Under the pieces are notes generated by a model. It saw only the letters and a program-made list of their open reading frames with translations, had not been told where the DNA came from and ran no database searches. From NCBI GenBank assembly GCA_963666565.1, contig OY762911.1:4704001-4768000 (forward strand): DNA of 64,000 nt. The letters run 5' to 3'. The DNA comes from Thermoanaerobaculia bacterium (lineage in GTDB: Bacteria > Acidobacteriota > Thermoanaerobaculia > Multivoradales > Multivoraceae). The translations under genes and the position numbers were made by a program. Shown piece after piece: positions 48,553 through 57,747 of the stretch (the stretch's first letter is position 1; each line of letters starts with the position of its first letter).

Positions 48553-51500
48553 TTCGCCCAGCCGCGCACCTACGGCACGCGGATGCCGGCGGGGACGCCG
48601 GCGCACCCAGTGACGAGTCCCTGAACAAAGCCGAGGCCGCCATCGCCGCCGTCGTGACCGCGGCTCTCGCTCTCGGTCCGGCCGCAGCCCAGAACGTCGC
48701 CGACGAGGAACCGAACCGCGGCGGCGAGGCCCGGTACGAAGCCCGCGATCCCGCCTACGCGCTGGAACACCTGCACCCGGCCGAGGGATACGAGGTCTCG
48801 CTGTTCGCCTCCGAGCAGGACTTCCCGATCGGGAACCCGGTGGCGCTGGCGTTCGACTCCCGCGGCCGGCTCTGGGTAGCCACCATGCCGTCCTATCCCC
48901 AGCGGCTCCCGGACGAGGCGCCCGACGACAAGATCGTCATCCTCGAGGACACGGACGGCGACGGCCGCGCCGACCGCCACACCGTCTTCGCCCGCGGCCT
49001 GCACGTGCCGACCGGCTTCGAACTGGGCGACGGCGGCGTCTACGTGGCCCAGCAGCCGAACCTGATGTTCATCGAGGACACGGACGGCGACGACGTGGCC
49101 GACCGCTACGAGGTGATCCTCCACGGCTTCGGCACGGAAGACAGCCACCACTCGATCTCCGCCTTCACCTGGGGACCCGGCGGCGCGCTCTACTTCCAGG
49201 AGGGGACGTTCCACCACAGCCAGGTCGAGACGCCCTACGGGCCGGTGCGGCTGGTGGACGCCGGCGTCTTCCGCTACAAGCCGCGGCGCTTCCACCTGGA
49301 GGTGTTCGTCTCCTACCCCTTCGCCAACCCGTGGGGCCACGTCTTCGACCGCTGGGGCCAGAACTTCATCGCCGACGCCTCGGGCGGCGCGAACTACTTC
49401 GGCGCACCGATCACCGGCAACGCGCCCTACCCGCGGAAGCGGCGGCGGATGAAGGTGTTCACCTCGATCGTCCGGCCGACGTCAGGCTGCGAGATCGTCA
49501 GCTCGCGCCACTTCCCCGACGAGGCGCAGGGCAACTTCCTGATCAACAACACGATCGGCTTCCAGGGCATCAAGCAGCACCGGGTGATCGAGGAGGACTC
49601 GGGCTTCACCTCCGAGGAGGTCGAGCCCCTCCTCTACTCGACCGACATCAACTTCCGGCCCGTCGACCTCCAGTTCGGGCCGGACGGTGCGCTCTACGTC
49701 GTCGACTGGTTCAACCCGCTGATCGGCCACATGCAGTACTCGCTCCGGGACGAGCGCCGCGACCACGACCACGGCCGGATCTGGCGGGTGCGGCACGGTT
49801 CGCGGCCGCTGCTCGAGCCGCCGGAGATCGGCGGCGCCTCGACGCCGGCGCTCGTCCGGCTGCTGGAAAGTTACGAGGACCGCACCCGCTACCGCGTCCG
49901 GCGCGAACTCCGGGAACGCCCGCGCGACGAGGTGCTCGCCGCGGTCGAGGAGTGGCTGGACGACATCGACGCCCGCGAACGCGGCGCCGACGCCGGCGGC
50001 GACGCGAACGTCTCCGACCTGGAGCACCACCGGCTGGAAGCCCTGTGGCTCCATCAGAACCTGAACGTCGTCGAGCCCGAGCTGCTCGGCCGCATGCTCG
50101 ACTCGCCCGAGCCGCGGGCGCGCGCGGCGGCGACCCGGGTCGCCCGCTTCTGGCGGCGGGAACTGGACGATCCGCTGGCCCTGCTCGCCGCCCGGGCCGA
50201 GGACTCCTTCCCCCGGACCCGCCTGGAAGCCCTGCTCGGCCTGAGCTACCTGGAGTCCGAGCCCGCGGCCCTCGCGGCGCTCAAGACGCTGGACAGGCAG
50301 ACCGACTACTACCTCGACTACGTCCTCGGCGAGACGGTCGACACGCTGGAGGACTTCTGGCTGCCGGCGCTCGAGTCGGACCGCGAGCCGCCGCTGCTCG
50401 ATACCCTGCCGGCGTCCGAGGCCGGCTACCTGCTCAGTCGCCTCTCGACCGGCAAGCTCGAGCGCCTGCCGACCCACCCGCTCACCGACCGTGCCGTGCT
50501 CCGTCGGGCCGACGCCAGCGTCGAGCGCCAGCGCCAGGCGCTCGCCGGCCTGACGAGCGGCGAACCGGGCAGCCGCTTCATCCGGGAGACGCCGGCCATG
50601 CTCCTGGCCGGGGAACTGGCCGAACTGGACCGGTTGCAGCCGCCGGACCCGGAGCGCCTGGAACGGATCGTCCTGCACCTGATGGAACAGGACGCGCCCT
50701 CCCTGCTCGCGGCCCGCGACGAGTTCGAGGCGCTGGCCGCGAACGGCGCCCGGCAGGGCACGCGAAGCGCCGCCATCGCCGCCCTGATCGCCGCTGCCGG
50801 CGATCCGTCGCCGGACAACGTGCTGCCCCACCGGCCGAGCAACGACCAGACGATCGACTGGCTGCGCGCGGTGGACGCCCTGCCGCCGGCGCTGCGCGCC
50901 GAGGCCTATCCCGCCGTTTCCGCCCTGTTCGACCGGCGGCGCGAGCGCGGCCAGGAGATGCTCGACGCGGCGGTGCGGACGCTCGCGGGCATGACCCAAG
51001 ACGCCCGGGACCCGCGGAGGGCGCAGCGCAGCTTCCGGAGACTCGCCGAACTCGTCGGCGACCCGGCGCTCCGGCTGGCTGCGCTGGAAGGCCTCGGGCA
51101 ACTGACCGCCGAAGCCCCCGGCGCCTGGCCCGCCGGCGGCGGCGAGGACGCGCTCGCCGATCCGATCCTGGCGGCCATCCGCGACGCGCCGCCACGCGAA
51201 CTGGCCTCGCCGCGCTACCGCCGCATCCACGACCTGGGACTCCGCATCGCCGACCGGCGGATCGACAGCACCGGCGGCGAGCGCGGCGCCGACCTCCGCG
51301 AGGAGATCGTCAACCTCGGCGCCGCGATCGTGACCCTGCGCCCCGTTCCCCACCAGATGCTCTTCGACCTGGAGGAGTTCACGGTCCGCGCCGGCGGACC
51401 GGTCGAGATCGCGTTCGAGAACATCGACGTCATGCCCCACAACGTCGTCGTCACCAAGCCCGGAGCGCTCGAAGAAGTCGGCCGGGCCGCCGACGCGGAG

Positions 51501-52265
51501 GCGGAGCGCAATCCGGCCGGGGCCGAGGCCTCCGGCTACGTACCGAAGACGCCCCTCGTCCTGTTCCGGACCGGCCTGGTCCAGCCGGGCGAGACGGAGG
51601 TCCTGAGCTTCAACGCCCCGAGGGAACCGGGCCTCTATCCCTTCGTCTGCACCTTCCCGGGACACTGGATCCTGATGAAGGGCACGATGCGGGTGGTGGA
51701 GCGACTCGACGGCGCGGCGGTCACCCGCTACGCCGCCCCGCGGCTCGCCCCGGACGTTCCCCAGCGCGCCTTCGTCGCCGACTGGAGCTACGCGATGCTG
51801 GAGACCGACGTCGCTCCGCTGGAAGCCGCCCCGCCCGCCAGCGACGAGGAACTCGACCGCGGGCGGCGGCTCTTCGTCGAGGCCGGCTGCGCCACCTGCC
51901 ACCAGCTCGACGGCGCCGGCGGCGACGTCGGTCCGGCCCTGGACGACGCGCGCGACCGGCTCGGCGCGCTCGACACGCTGCGGCACATCCTGGCGCCCTC
52001 GGACGAGGTGGCCGAGAACTACCGCACCACCCTGGTCGAGACCCGCGACGGGCGCTTCTACTCTGGTCTGCTCGTAGAAGCCGGCGAGGACGCCGTGCGC
52101 ATCCGCTCGAACCCGCTCGATCCGAACCACGTCGAGACGATTCCCCGCGAGGAGATCGAGAGTCTCGACGAGTCGTCGCTCTCGCCCATGCCGAGCGGCC
52201 TGCTCAGCACCCTCCAGCCGTCCGAGGTGCGGGACCTGATCCGCTACCTTCTGCACTCGCCCTGA
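48549..52265 (+). CDS. PVC-type membrane-associated dehydrogenase: beta-propeller + HEAT repeats + cupredoxin + cytochrome c
   Basis: LFASE..FDSRGRLWV, DTDGDG repeats, GPDGALYVVDW, type-1 copper HNVV..CTFPGH..M and heme CATCH; ATGA overlap with the upstream gene. Confidence 0.85.
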   Translation: MIRPAAHLRHADAGGDAGAPSDESLNKAEAAIAAVVTAALALGPAAAQNVADEEPNRGGEARYEARDPAYALEHLHPAEGYEVSLFASEQDFPIGNPVALAFDSRGRLWVATMPSYPQRLPDEAPDDKIVILEDTDGDGRADRHTVFARGLHVPTGFELGDGGVYVAQQPNLMFIEDTDGDDVADRYEVILHGFGTEDSHHSISAFTWGPGGALYFQEGTFHHSQVETPYGPVRLVDAGVFRYKPRRFHLEVFVSYPFANPWGHVFDRWGQNFIADASGGANYFGAPITGNAPYPRKRRRMKVFTSIVRPTSGCEIVSSRHFPDEAQGNFLINNTIGFQGIKQHRVIEEDSGFTSEEVEPLLYSTDINFRPVDLQFGPDGALYVVDWFNPLIGHMQYSLRDERRDHDHGRIWRVRHGSRPLLEPPEIGGASTPALVRLLESYEDRTRYRVRRELRERPRDEVLAAVEEWLDDIDARERGADAGGDANVSDLEHHRLEALWLHQNLNVVEPELLGRMLDSPEPRARAAATRVARFWRRELDDPLALLAARAEDSFPRTRLEALLGLSYLESEPAALAALKTLDRQTDYYLDYVLGETVDTLEDFWLPALESDREPPLLDTLPASEAGYLLSRLSTGKLERLPTHPLTDRAVLRRADASVERQRQALAGLTSGEPGSRFIRETPAMLLAGELAELDRLQPPDPERLERIVLHLMEQDAPSLLAARDEFEALAANGARQGTRSAAIAALIAAAGDPSPDNVLPHRPSNDQTIDWLRAVDALPPALRAEAYPAVSALFDRRRERGQEMLDAAVRTLAGMTQDARDPRRAQRSFRRLAELVGDPALRLAALEGLGQLTAEAPGAWPAGGGEDALADPILAAIRDAPPRELASPRYRRIHDLGLRIADRRIDSTGGERGADLREEIVNLGAAIVTLRPVPHQMLFDLEEFTVRAGGPVEIAFENIDVMPHNVVVTKPGALEEVGRAADAEAERNPAGAEASGYVPKTPLVLFRTGLVQPGETEVLSFNAPREPGLYPFVCTFPGHWILMKGTMRVVERLDGAAVTRYAAPRLAPDVPQRAFVADWSYAMLETDVAPLEAAPPASDEELDRGRRLFVEAGCATCHQLDGAGGDVGPALDDARDRLGALDTLRHILAPSDEVAENYRTTLVETRDGRFYSGLLVEAGEDAVRIRSNPLDPNHVETIPREEIESLDESSLSPMPSGLLSTLQPSEVRDLIRYLLHSP

Positions 52266-54910
52266 TGCGGAGGTGCGTTTCCGGCTCGGGCCTGGGAACA
52301 CGGGCATCCCGCCCGCCTCCCGCGTCGAGCGGCGGCAAGGACCGGGCCGGTCGACTGGCGGCTTTGCCGGTCGCCGCGCTGGCCGCCGCGGCCGCGGCCG
52401 GCGCGCCGGCGGCCGGCCAGCACGGCGCGATCGGCGGCGAGTGGCGCGAGTACGGCGGCGACGCCGGCGGCACGAAGTACGCGCCGCTCGGCCAGATCCA
52501 CGCTGGCAACGTCGGCGACCTGGCCATCCGCTGGCGCTGGCAATCGCCCGACAACGCGATCGCGGACCCCGACGCCGGTCTCGAAATCGTCGCCTTCGAG
52601 GCAACGCCGCTGATGAAGGGCGGCGTCCTCTACACCAGCACCTCCTTCAGCCAGGCTGCCGCCATCGACGCCGCGACCGGCCGCCAGCTCTGGGTCCACG
52701 ACCCGAAGAGCTACGAGTCGGGACGCCCTCCGAACAACGGCTTCCTCCACCGCGGGCTCGCCTGGTGGACGGACGGCGAGACGGAGAGCCTGTACCTGGC
52801 AACCGGCGACGCACGCCTGATCGCGCTCGATCCGGCGACCGGAACGCCCCGGCGCGAGTTCGGCAACCGCGGCACGGTCGATCTCAAGGCCCGTATCCGT
52901 TCGCTCAACGACCGCTCCGACCAGTACGGACACACCTCGCCGCCGATCGTGGTCGGCGACACGGTCGTCGTCGGTTCCTCCGTCATGGACTGGGCGCCGC
53001 AGCCGGAGTGGCCGCCGGGCGACGTCCGCGGCTACCACGCCCGCACCGGCCGGCTGCTGTGGACCTTCCATACCGTGCCGCGCCGCGGCCAGTTCGGTTA
53101 CTCGACCTGGGAGAACGGCTCCGCCGAACGGGTCGGCGGCGCCAACGTCTGGCCGCCGATGACCGCCGACCTGGAGCTCGGGTACGTCTACCTGCCGGTC
53201 AGCGCTCCGTCGAACCACTTCTACGGCGGCCACCGCCGGGGCGACAACCTGTTCGCGAACAGCATCGTCTGCCTCGACGCGCGGACCGGCCGCCGCGTCT
53301 GGCACTACCAGATCGTCCATCACGACATCTGGGACTTCGATCTCCCGGCGCCGCCCAACCTGGTCGACATCACGGTCGGCAGACGCGAGATCCCCGCGGT
53401 CGCGCAGGTCACGAAGCAGGGCTGGGTGTTCGTGTTCGACCGACGGAACGGCCGGCCGGTTTGGCCGATCCACGAGGTCCCGGTCCCCCAGTCGACCGTG
53501 CCCGGCGAGCGCACCGCGCTGACTCAGCCGCGGCCGACGAAGCCGCCGCCCTTCGACCGGCTGGGAATCGCGCGAGAAGATCTGGGCGACGGCGCCGAGG
53601 AAGTGCTGGCCGACCTCGACTGGGGGCCGATCTACACTCCCCTGTCCACGCGCGGCGCCGTCATCTACCCCGGCCTCGGTGGCGGCGCCAACTGGGGAGG
53701 CGCCGCCTTCGACCCCGTCCGATCGAGGCTGTACGTCCCGGTCCAGGGGGTCGTGCCCTTCTGGATCCGCCTCTATCGAACCGCCATCTCCGGCTACTAC
53801 CTGTACGAATCGGGCATCCTGACCGCCTCCGGCAACCGCTATCTGCTGAAGCCGCCCTGGGGACACGTCGCCGCCTACGACCTCGACCGCGGCGAGCTCC
53901 TCTGGCAGCGGGCCAACGACGGCGCGAACGGCTACGCCGGCACCCCGTCCCTGCTCGCCACCCAGGACCTCGTTTTCTACGCCAACCGGTCGCGGCCGGT
54001 CCTCACCGCGCTCGACCCCGACGATGGCGGCGTGCTCCGCACGATCCCGCTGCCGGCGCGGGCCTCGGGCGCCCCGATGAGCTTTACCGCGGACGGCCGC
54101 CAGTACGTCGTCGTCGCGGTCGGCGCCGGGTCCGACGATGCCGAACTCGTCGCGCTCTCCCTGGAGGGCGATCTGCCGGAGCAGCATCCCGGCGCCCTGG
54201 GCTTCTCCCGGCCGTCCGTGACCGCCCGGGAAGCGGACGGCGAGATCGCGTTGAGCGTCGAGCGCGCCGGCGGCAGCGACGGCGCGGTTGCCGTCGATGT
54301 GCGGACCGCGGGCGGCACCGCGACCGCCAAGGTCGACTTCGAGCCCGTCGCCCGCACCCTCGCCTGGGGCCACGGCGACTCGGAGTCGAAGAGGTTCGCG
54401 CTTCCGCTGCTCGACGACGGCGCGGGCGAGGGCACGGAGACCATCCAACTGGAACTTCGCGATCCGCTGGGCGGCGCGGCCCTCGGCCAGCGCCGCACGG
54501 TGGTGACCGTGGAAGACGACGACGGTGACGACGGCGGAGTGGACGAGCCGATCGAGCCCTGCGCCGGAAGCCCGACGACGCTGTGCCTGAACCGCGGACG
54601 CTTCAGGGTCCAGGTCCGCTACGCCGCGGAAGCCACCGGCGGAGACAGCGTCCCGGCGACCGGCGCCCACCTGACCCCGGACACCGGCTACTTCACCTTC
54701 TTCGACCCGGCGAACGTCGAGATCATCGTCAAGGTCCTCGACGCCTGCGCGCTGACCGGCACGTACTGGCTCTACGCCGCCGGCCTGACCGACCTGGACG
54801 TCGAGGTCGAAATCGCCGACCCGGTAACCCAGAGCCGCCGCGTCATCGCGAGTCCGCGCGGCGAGCTGTTCCAGCCGGTGGCCGACACGCAGGCGTTCGC
54901 CTGCGAGTAG
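52265..54910 (+). CDS. PQQ-dependent dehydrogenase (glucose/quinate type) fused to Calx-beta and a Cys-containing C-terminal domain
   Basis: YAPLGQI, EATPL, GANVW, HHDIWDFD and KPPWG; Calx-beta segment VERAGGSDG..DD..EGTET..DDD; TGATG overlap. The N-terminal part of the 1859-aa ORF is shadow. Confidence 0.85.
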   Translation: MRRCVSGSGLGTRASRPPPASSGGKDRAGRLAALPVAALAAAAAAGAPAAGQHGAIGGEWREYGGDAGGTKYAPLGQIHAGNVGDLAIRWRWQSPDNAIADPDAGLEIVAFEATPLMKGGVLYTSTSFSQAAAIDAATGRQLWVHDPKSYESGRPPNNGFLHRGLAWWTDGETESLYLATGDARLIALDPATGTPRREFGNRGTVDLKARIRSLNDRSDQYGHTSPPIVVGDTVVVGSSVMDWAPQPEWPPGDVRGYHARTGRLLWTFHTVPRRGQFGYSTWENGSAERVGGANVWPPMTADLELGYVYLPVSAPSNHFYGGHRRGDNLFANSIVCLDARTGRRVWHYQIVHHDIWDFDLPAPPNLVDITVGRREIPAVAQVTKQGWVFVFDRRNGRPVWPIHEVPVPQSTVPGERTALTQPRPTKPPPFDRLGIAREDLGDGAEEVLADLDWGPIYTPLSTRGAVIYPGLGGGANWGGAAFDPVRSRLYVPVQGVVPFWIRLYRTAISGYYLYESGILTASGNRYLLKPPWGHVAAYDLDRGELLWQRANDGANGYAGTPSLLATQDLVFYANRSRPVLTALDPDDGGVLRTIPLPARASGAPMSFTADGRQYVVVAVGAGSDDAELVALSLEGDLPEQHPGALGFSRPSVTAREADGEIALSVERAGGSDGAVAVDVRTAGGTATAKVDFEPVARTLAWGHGDSESKRFALPLLDDGAGEGTETIQLELRDPLGGAALGQRRTVVTVEDDDGDDGGVDEPIEPCAGSPTTLCLNRGRFRVQVRYAAEATGGDSVPATGAHLTPDTGYFTFFDPANVEIIVKVLDACALTGTYWLYAAGLTDLDVEVEIADPVTQSRRVIASPRGELFQPVADTQAFACE

Positions 54911-54922
54911 GGCGGCGAACGG

Positions 54923-56293
54923 CTACGGCGGTCCGTCCGCCCGCAGGCGCCCGAACGCCTCCAGTTGGGCCTCGGCCTCCTCGCTTCGCCCCAGCGCCTC
55001 CAGCACGCGGGCGTAGTTGAAACGGAGCGGCGCGTTGGCGTCGAGCCCGAGTTCGAGCGCCCGTTCCATGCGCTCGGCCGCTTCGGCCGGACGGCCGGCT
55101 TCAGCGGCGATCATGCCGAGCAGGGCGTGGGCCTCGCCGAGGCCGGGATCGAGCGCCAGGGCCCGTTCGAGCGCGGGCGCGGCCTCCCCGGCGCGCCCGG
55201 CCGTGTGCAGGAACATGCCCTCCAGGTAGTGGTGCTCGACCCGGTTCGGTTCGAGCCGGCGCGCCGCGGCGGCGCTGGCCGCCGCTTCGTCGACCCGGCC
55301 CATGGAGAACAGCACCTTGGCTCGCAGGGAGTGGACGTCCGCGGCGCCCGAGTCGTCCCGGCCGTCCGTCACGCTCGCAAGACGTTGGATCGCGGCTTCC
55401 AGATCGCCCGCCGCCGCGAGGCGTTGGGCCTCCGACAAGGCAGCCGCCGTTTCCCTGGAAGCCAGGCGTGCGGTCTCCGCCGCTCGCTCCCGGGCGGCCT
55501 CCAGCGACCGGTAGCGGTCGAGTGCCGCGCTAGCCGCCTCCCGGTCGCCGGCGGCCGCGAGCGTCCTTCCGAGGCGATAGGACACTTCCGGCTCGTCCGG
55601 CGCCAGTTCCGCCGCGGCGCGCAGGTGCTCGAGCGCCTCCGGGTAGCGCTCTTCGGCCGCGAGAACGTCGGCCGCCTCCATGTGCACGACGACCGGATCG
55701 CCCGCGCCGGCGTCGAGAGCGCGTTGCAGGTAGCCCAGCGCCTCCGAGCGCCGGGCCGGATCGCGCGCCAGCGCCAGACCCTGGACGAGGTCGAGGCCCG
55801 GACTCCGGAGATCTTCGGCCGCGGCCGCGGAAACGGCCGCCAAAGCCCTGTCGGCCCGGCCGTCCGCCAAGTGGAGCAGGGCGAGCTGCTCGGGGACGGC
55901 GGCGCTGCCGAGACGCCGGGCCGCGCCCTCTTCCAGCAACCGGATCGCCTCGCCCGTGCGGTCTAGGTCACGGAGCAACAGCGCCGGCGCCAGGAAAGCC
56001 GACGCCATCTCGCGGCCCGCCTCGCTCACGGAGCTGCCCTTACCATCCGGATCGAGCTCTCGCGCCCGAGCGAACGCGGCGAGCGCGTCCTCCGTGCGGC
56101 CGAGCGCGGTCAGCGCCCGGGCCAGCGCCAGCGCCGGCCCGAACTCCGCCGGCGCCCTCTCCACCGCGGCGCGCGCCAGAGCCAGAGCCTCGACCGGATC
56201 GCTTGCCGACGCCGCGTCAACCTGTGCCGGAACAAGCTGGCCCGGGACGGTCGCCGCCATGACGATCGCTAGAAGGACGGCTGCGCCACGCAC
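54923..56293 (-). CDS. Secreted tetratricopeptide-repeat protein
   Basis: Signal peptide and repeated A..L.P..A helical TPR patterns. Confidence 0.82.
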   Translation of the reverse strand: MRGAAVLLAIVMAATVPGQLVPAQVDAASASDPVEALALARAAVERAPAEFGPALALARALTALGRTEDALAAFARARELDPDGKGSSVSEAGREMASAFLAPALLLRDLDRTGEAIRLLEEGAARRLGSAAVPEQLALLHLADGRADRALAAVSAAAAEDLRSPGLDLVQGLALARDPARRSEALGYLQRALDAGAGDPVVVHMEAADVLAAEERYPEALEHLRAAAELAPDEPEVSYRLGRTLAAAGDREAASAALDRYRSLEAARERAAETARLASRETAAALSEAQRLAAAGDLEAAIQRLASVTDGRDDSGAADVHSLRAKVLFSMGRVDEAAASAAAARRLEPNRVEHHYLEGMFLHTAGRAGEAAPALERALALDPGLGEAHALLGMIAAEAGRPAEAAERMERALELGLDANAPLRFNYARVLEALGRSEEAEAQLEAFGRLRADGPP

Positions 56294-56400
56294 GAGCGGC
56301 CAGCGTAGCAGTCACCCTCCCGACCGTCGTTCGAGCGCCTGCCCCGGTGGACGCGGCGCGTCCTCGCGCCGGCTCCCTCCAGAAGACACGCAACCGCCCC

Positions 56401-56450
56401 TTGACATCGAGCACGGCCAGAACAACAATCTGGCCAGCCCAACTAGCCAG
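56401..56450 (+). promoter_or_regulatory. Toxin-antitoxin promoter with repeated (G/A)GCCAG operator-like motifs
   Basis: TTGACA 56401-56406, AACAAT 17 bp later; CGGCCAG, TGGCCAG and TAGCCAG repeats. Confidence 0.45.
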
Positions 56451-56465
56451 ACACTGGAGGCACTC

Positions 56466-56720
56466 ATGTCCGCATGGCAACTGCAGGAAGCGAAGAACCA
56501 GTTCAGCGCAGTCGTCGAAGCCGCCCTGACGGGGGAACCCCAACGCATAACCCGACGAGGCAAGCCCGCCGTCGTCGTACTCGCGGACGAACAGTACGAA
56601 CGCCTCCGCCACCTGGAGAAAGCGAAGGCGCCTACGTTCGCCGAACACCTCCTCGCAATGCCCCAGGACGACGGAGAGTTCGAACGACTCCAGGTGAAGC
56701 CGCGCGATGTCGACTTCTGA
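56466..56720 (+). CDS. Phd/YefM-family antitoxin
   Basis: MSAWQLQEAKNQFSAVV..PQRITRRGKPAVVV; GGAGG RBS. Confidence 0.9.
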   Translation: MSAWQLQEAKNQFSAVVEAALTGEPQRITRRGKPAVVVLADEQYERLRHLEKAKAPTFAEHLLAMPQDDGEFERLQVKPRDVDF

Positions 56721-57130
56721 TGTACCTCCTCGACACCAACGTGCTGTCGGCCTTGCGCCGAAGGCAACGCCACGCCCAGGTCATGCGTTGGGTGTCGACA
56801 CAGAGAAGCAGCGATCTCCATGTGAGCGTCATCTCACTCGGCGAGATCGAGCGAGGCATCGCCCGAGCCAGGCGCCATGACGCCAGGTTCGCCGCCCTGC
56901 TCGCCCAATGGCTGGACGACACGATCAACCTCTACGCCGGCCGCATCCTCCCGATCGACCTCGGAGCCGCAAGGCGCTGGGGTCTCCTCTCGCAGGCGCT
57001 CGGCAATCAGGACGCCGATCTTCTCCTCGCCGCCACGGCGCTCGAACACGGCCTGACGGTCGTCACCCGCAACGTGCGGCACTTCGAGCCGACGGGCGTG
57101 CCCGTACTGAATCCGTTCGACGCTCCATAG
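56720..57130 (+). CDS. vapC: VapC PIN-domain toxin
   Basis: MYLLDTNVLS, GEIERG, DLLLAATA and VTRNVRHF; overlaps the antitoxin stop. Confidence 0.9.
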   Translation: MYLLDTNVLSALRRRQRHAQVMRWVSTQRSSDLHVSVISLGEIERGIARARRHDARFAALLAQWLDDTINLYAGRILPIDLGAARRWGLLSQALGNQDADLLLAATALEHGLTVVTRNVRHFEPTGVPVLNPFDAP

Positions 57131-57172
57131 CGCCACCGCGGCGCATCGGCTCCGGCGCCAGTTCCATGCGAG

Positions 57173-57745
57173 TCACTCCAAGGCGAAAAGGACCCTCAGC
57201 GCCGCGTCCAGTGTCGATGCACGGGCGTCGAGAGCAACCAGCCGACCCTCCCGGTCGAACAGCAGGGAGCGCGGCGGATACTCCACATGGAAGCGCCGGG
57301 CAACGGCGCCGGCCGCGCCGAGGCCGTCGTGGAGGACGGGCCACGCGATGTTCTGGCGGCGGGCGAAGCTCCGCAGGTCGCTGCGCGAGGAGCGGTCGAG
57401 CGAGACGGAGAGGATGACAAGCCCCCGCTCGCCGTAGGCTGCCCGCGCCCGTTCGAGATGAGGGAAGTCGGCGAGGCAGGGAGCGCACCAGGTCGCCCAG
57501 AAGTCGAGCAGGACGACGCGACCCTCAAAGTCGGCCGCGGTCCACGTCCGGCCGTCGAGATCCCGGACCGCGAGATCCGCCCAAAGGTCGGCAAGCCGCA
57601 CGCCGTGATTCTCCGGAGCTTCCGGCACGTCGGCCCTCGCCGGCGCCGGCCCCTCATCCGCCACGACCGCCGGCGGCACGCACAACGCGAGCGTCAGCAC
57701 CGACGCCGGAACCGCCCGCGATGGAGCGAACGCAAATCTCCGCAC
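57173..57745 (-). CDS. TlpA-like thiol-disulfide oxidoreductase
   Basis: LLDFWATWCAPC; directly downstream of the TonB receptor. Start approximate. Confidence 0.85.
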   Translation of the reverse strand: MRRFAFAPSRAVPASVLTLALCVPPAVVADEGPAPARADVPEAPENHGVRLADLWADLAVRDLDGRTWTAADFEGRVVLLDFWATWCAPCLADFPHLERARAAYGERGLVILSVSLDRSSRSDLRSFARRQNIAWPVLHDGLGAAGAVARRFHVEYPPRSLLFDREGRLVALDARASTLDAALRVLFALE

Positions 57746-57747
57746 GG

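Noticed and set aside
49331-52264. The 1859-aa ORF as one giant protein
   Set aside because: The first 978 codons are an off-frame shadow of the heme dehydrogenase; the real gene starts at about 52265.
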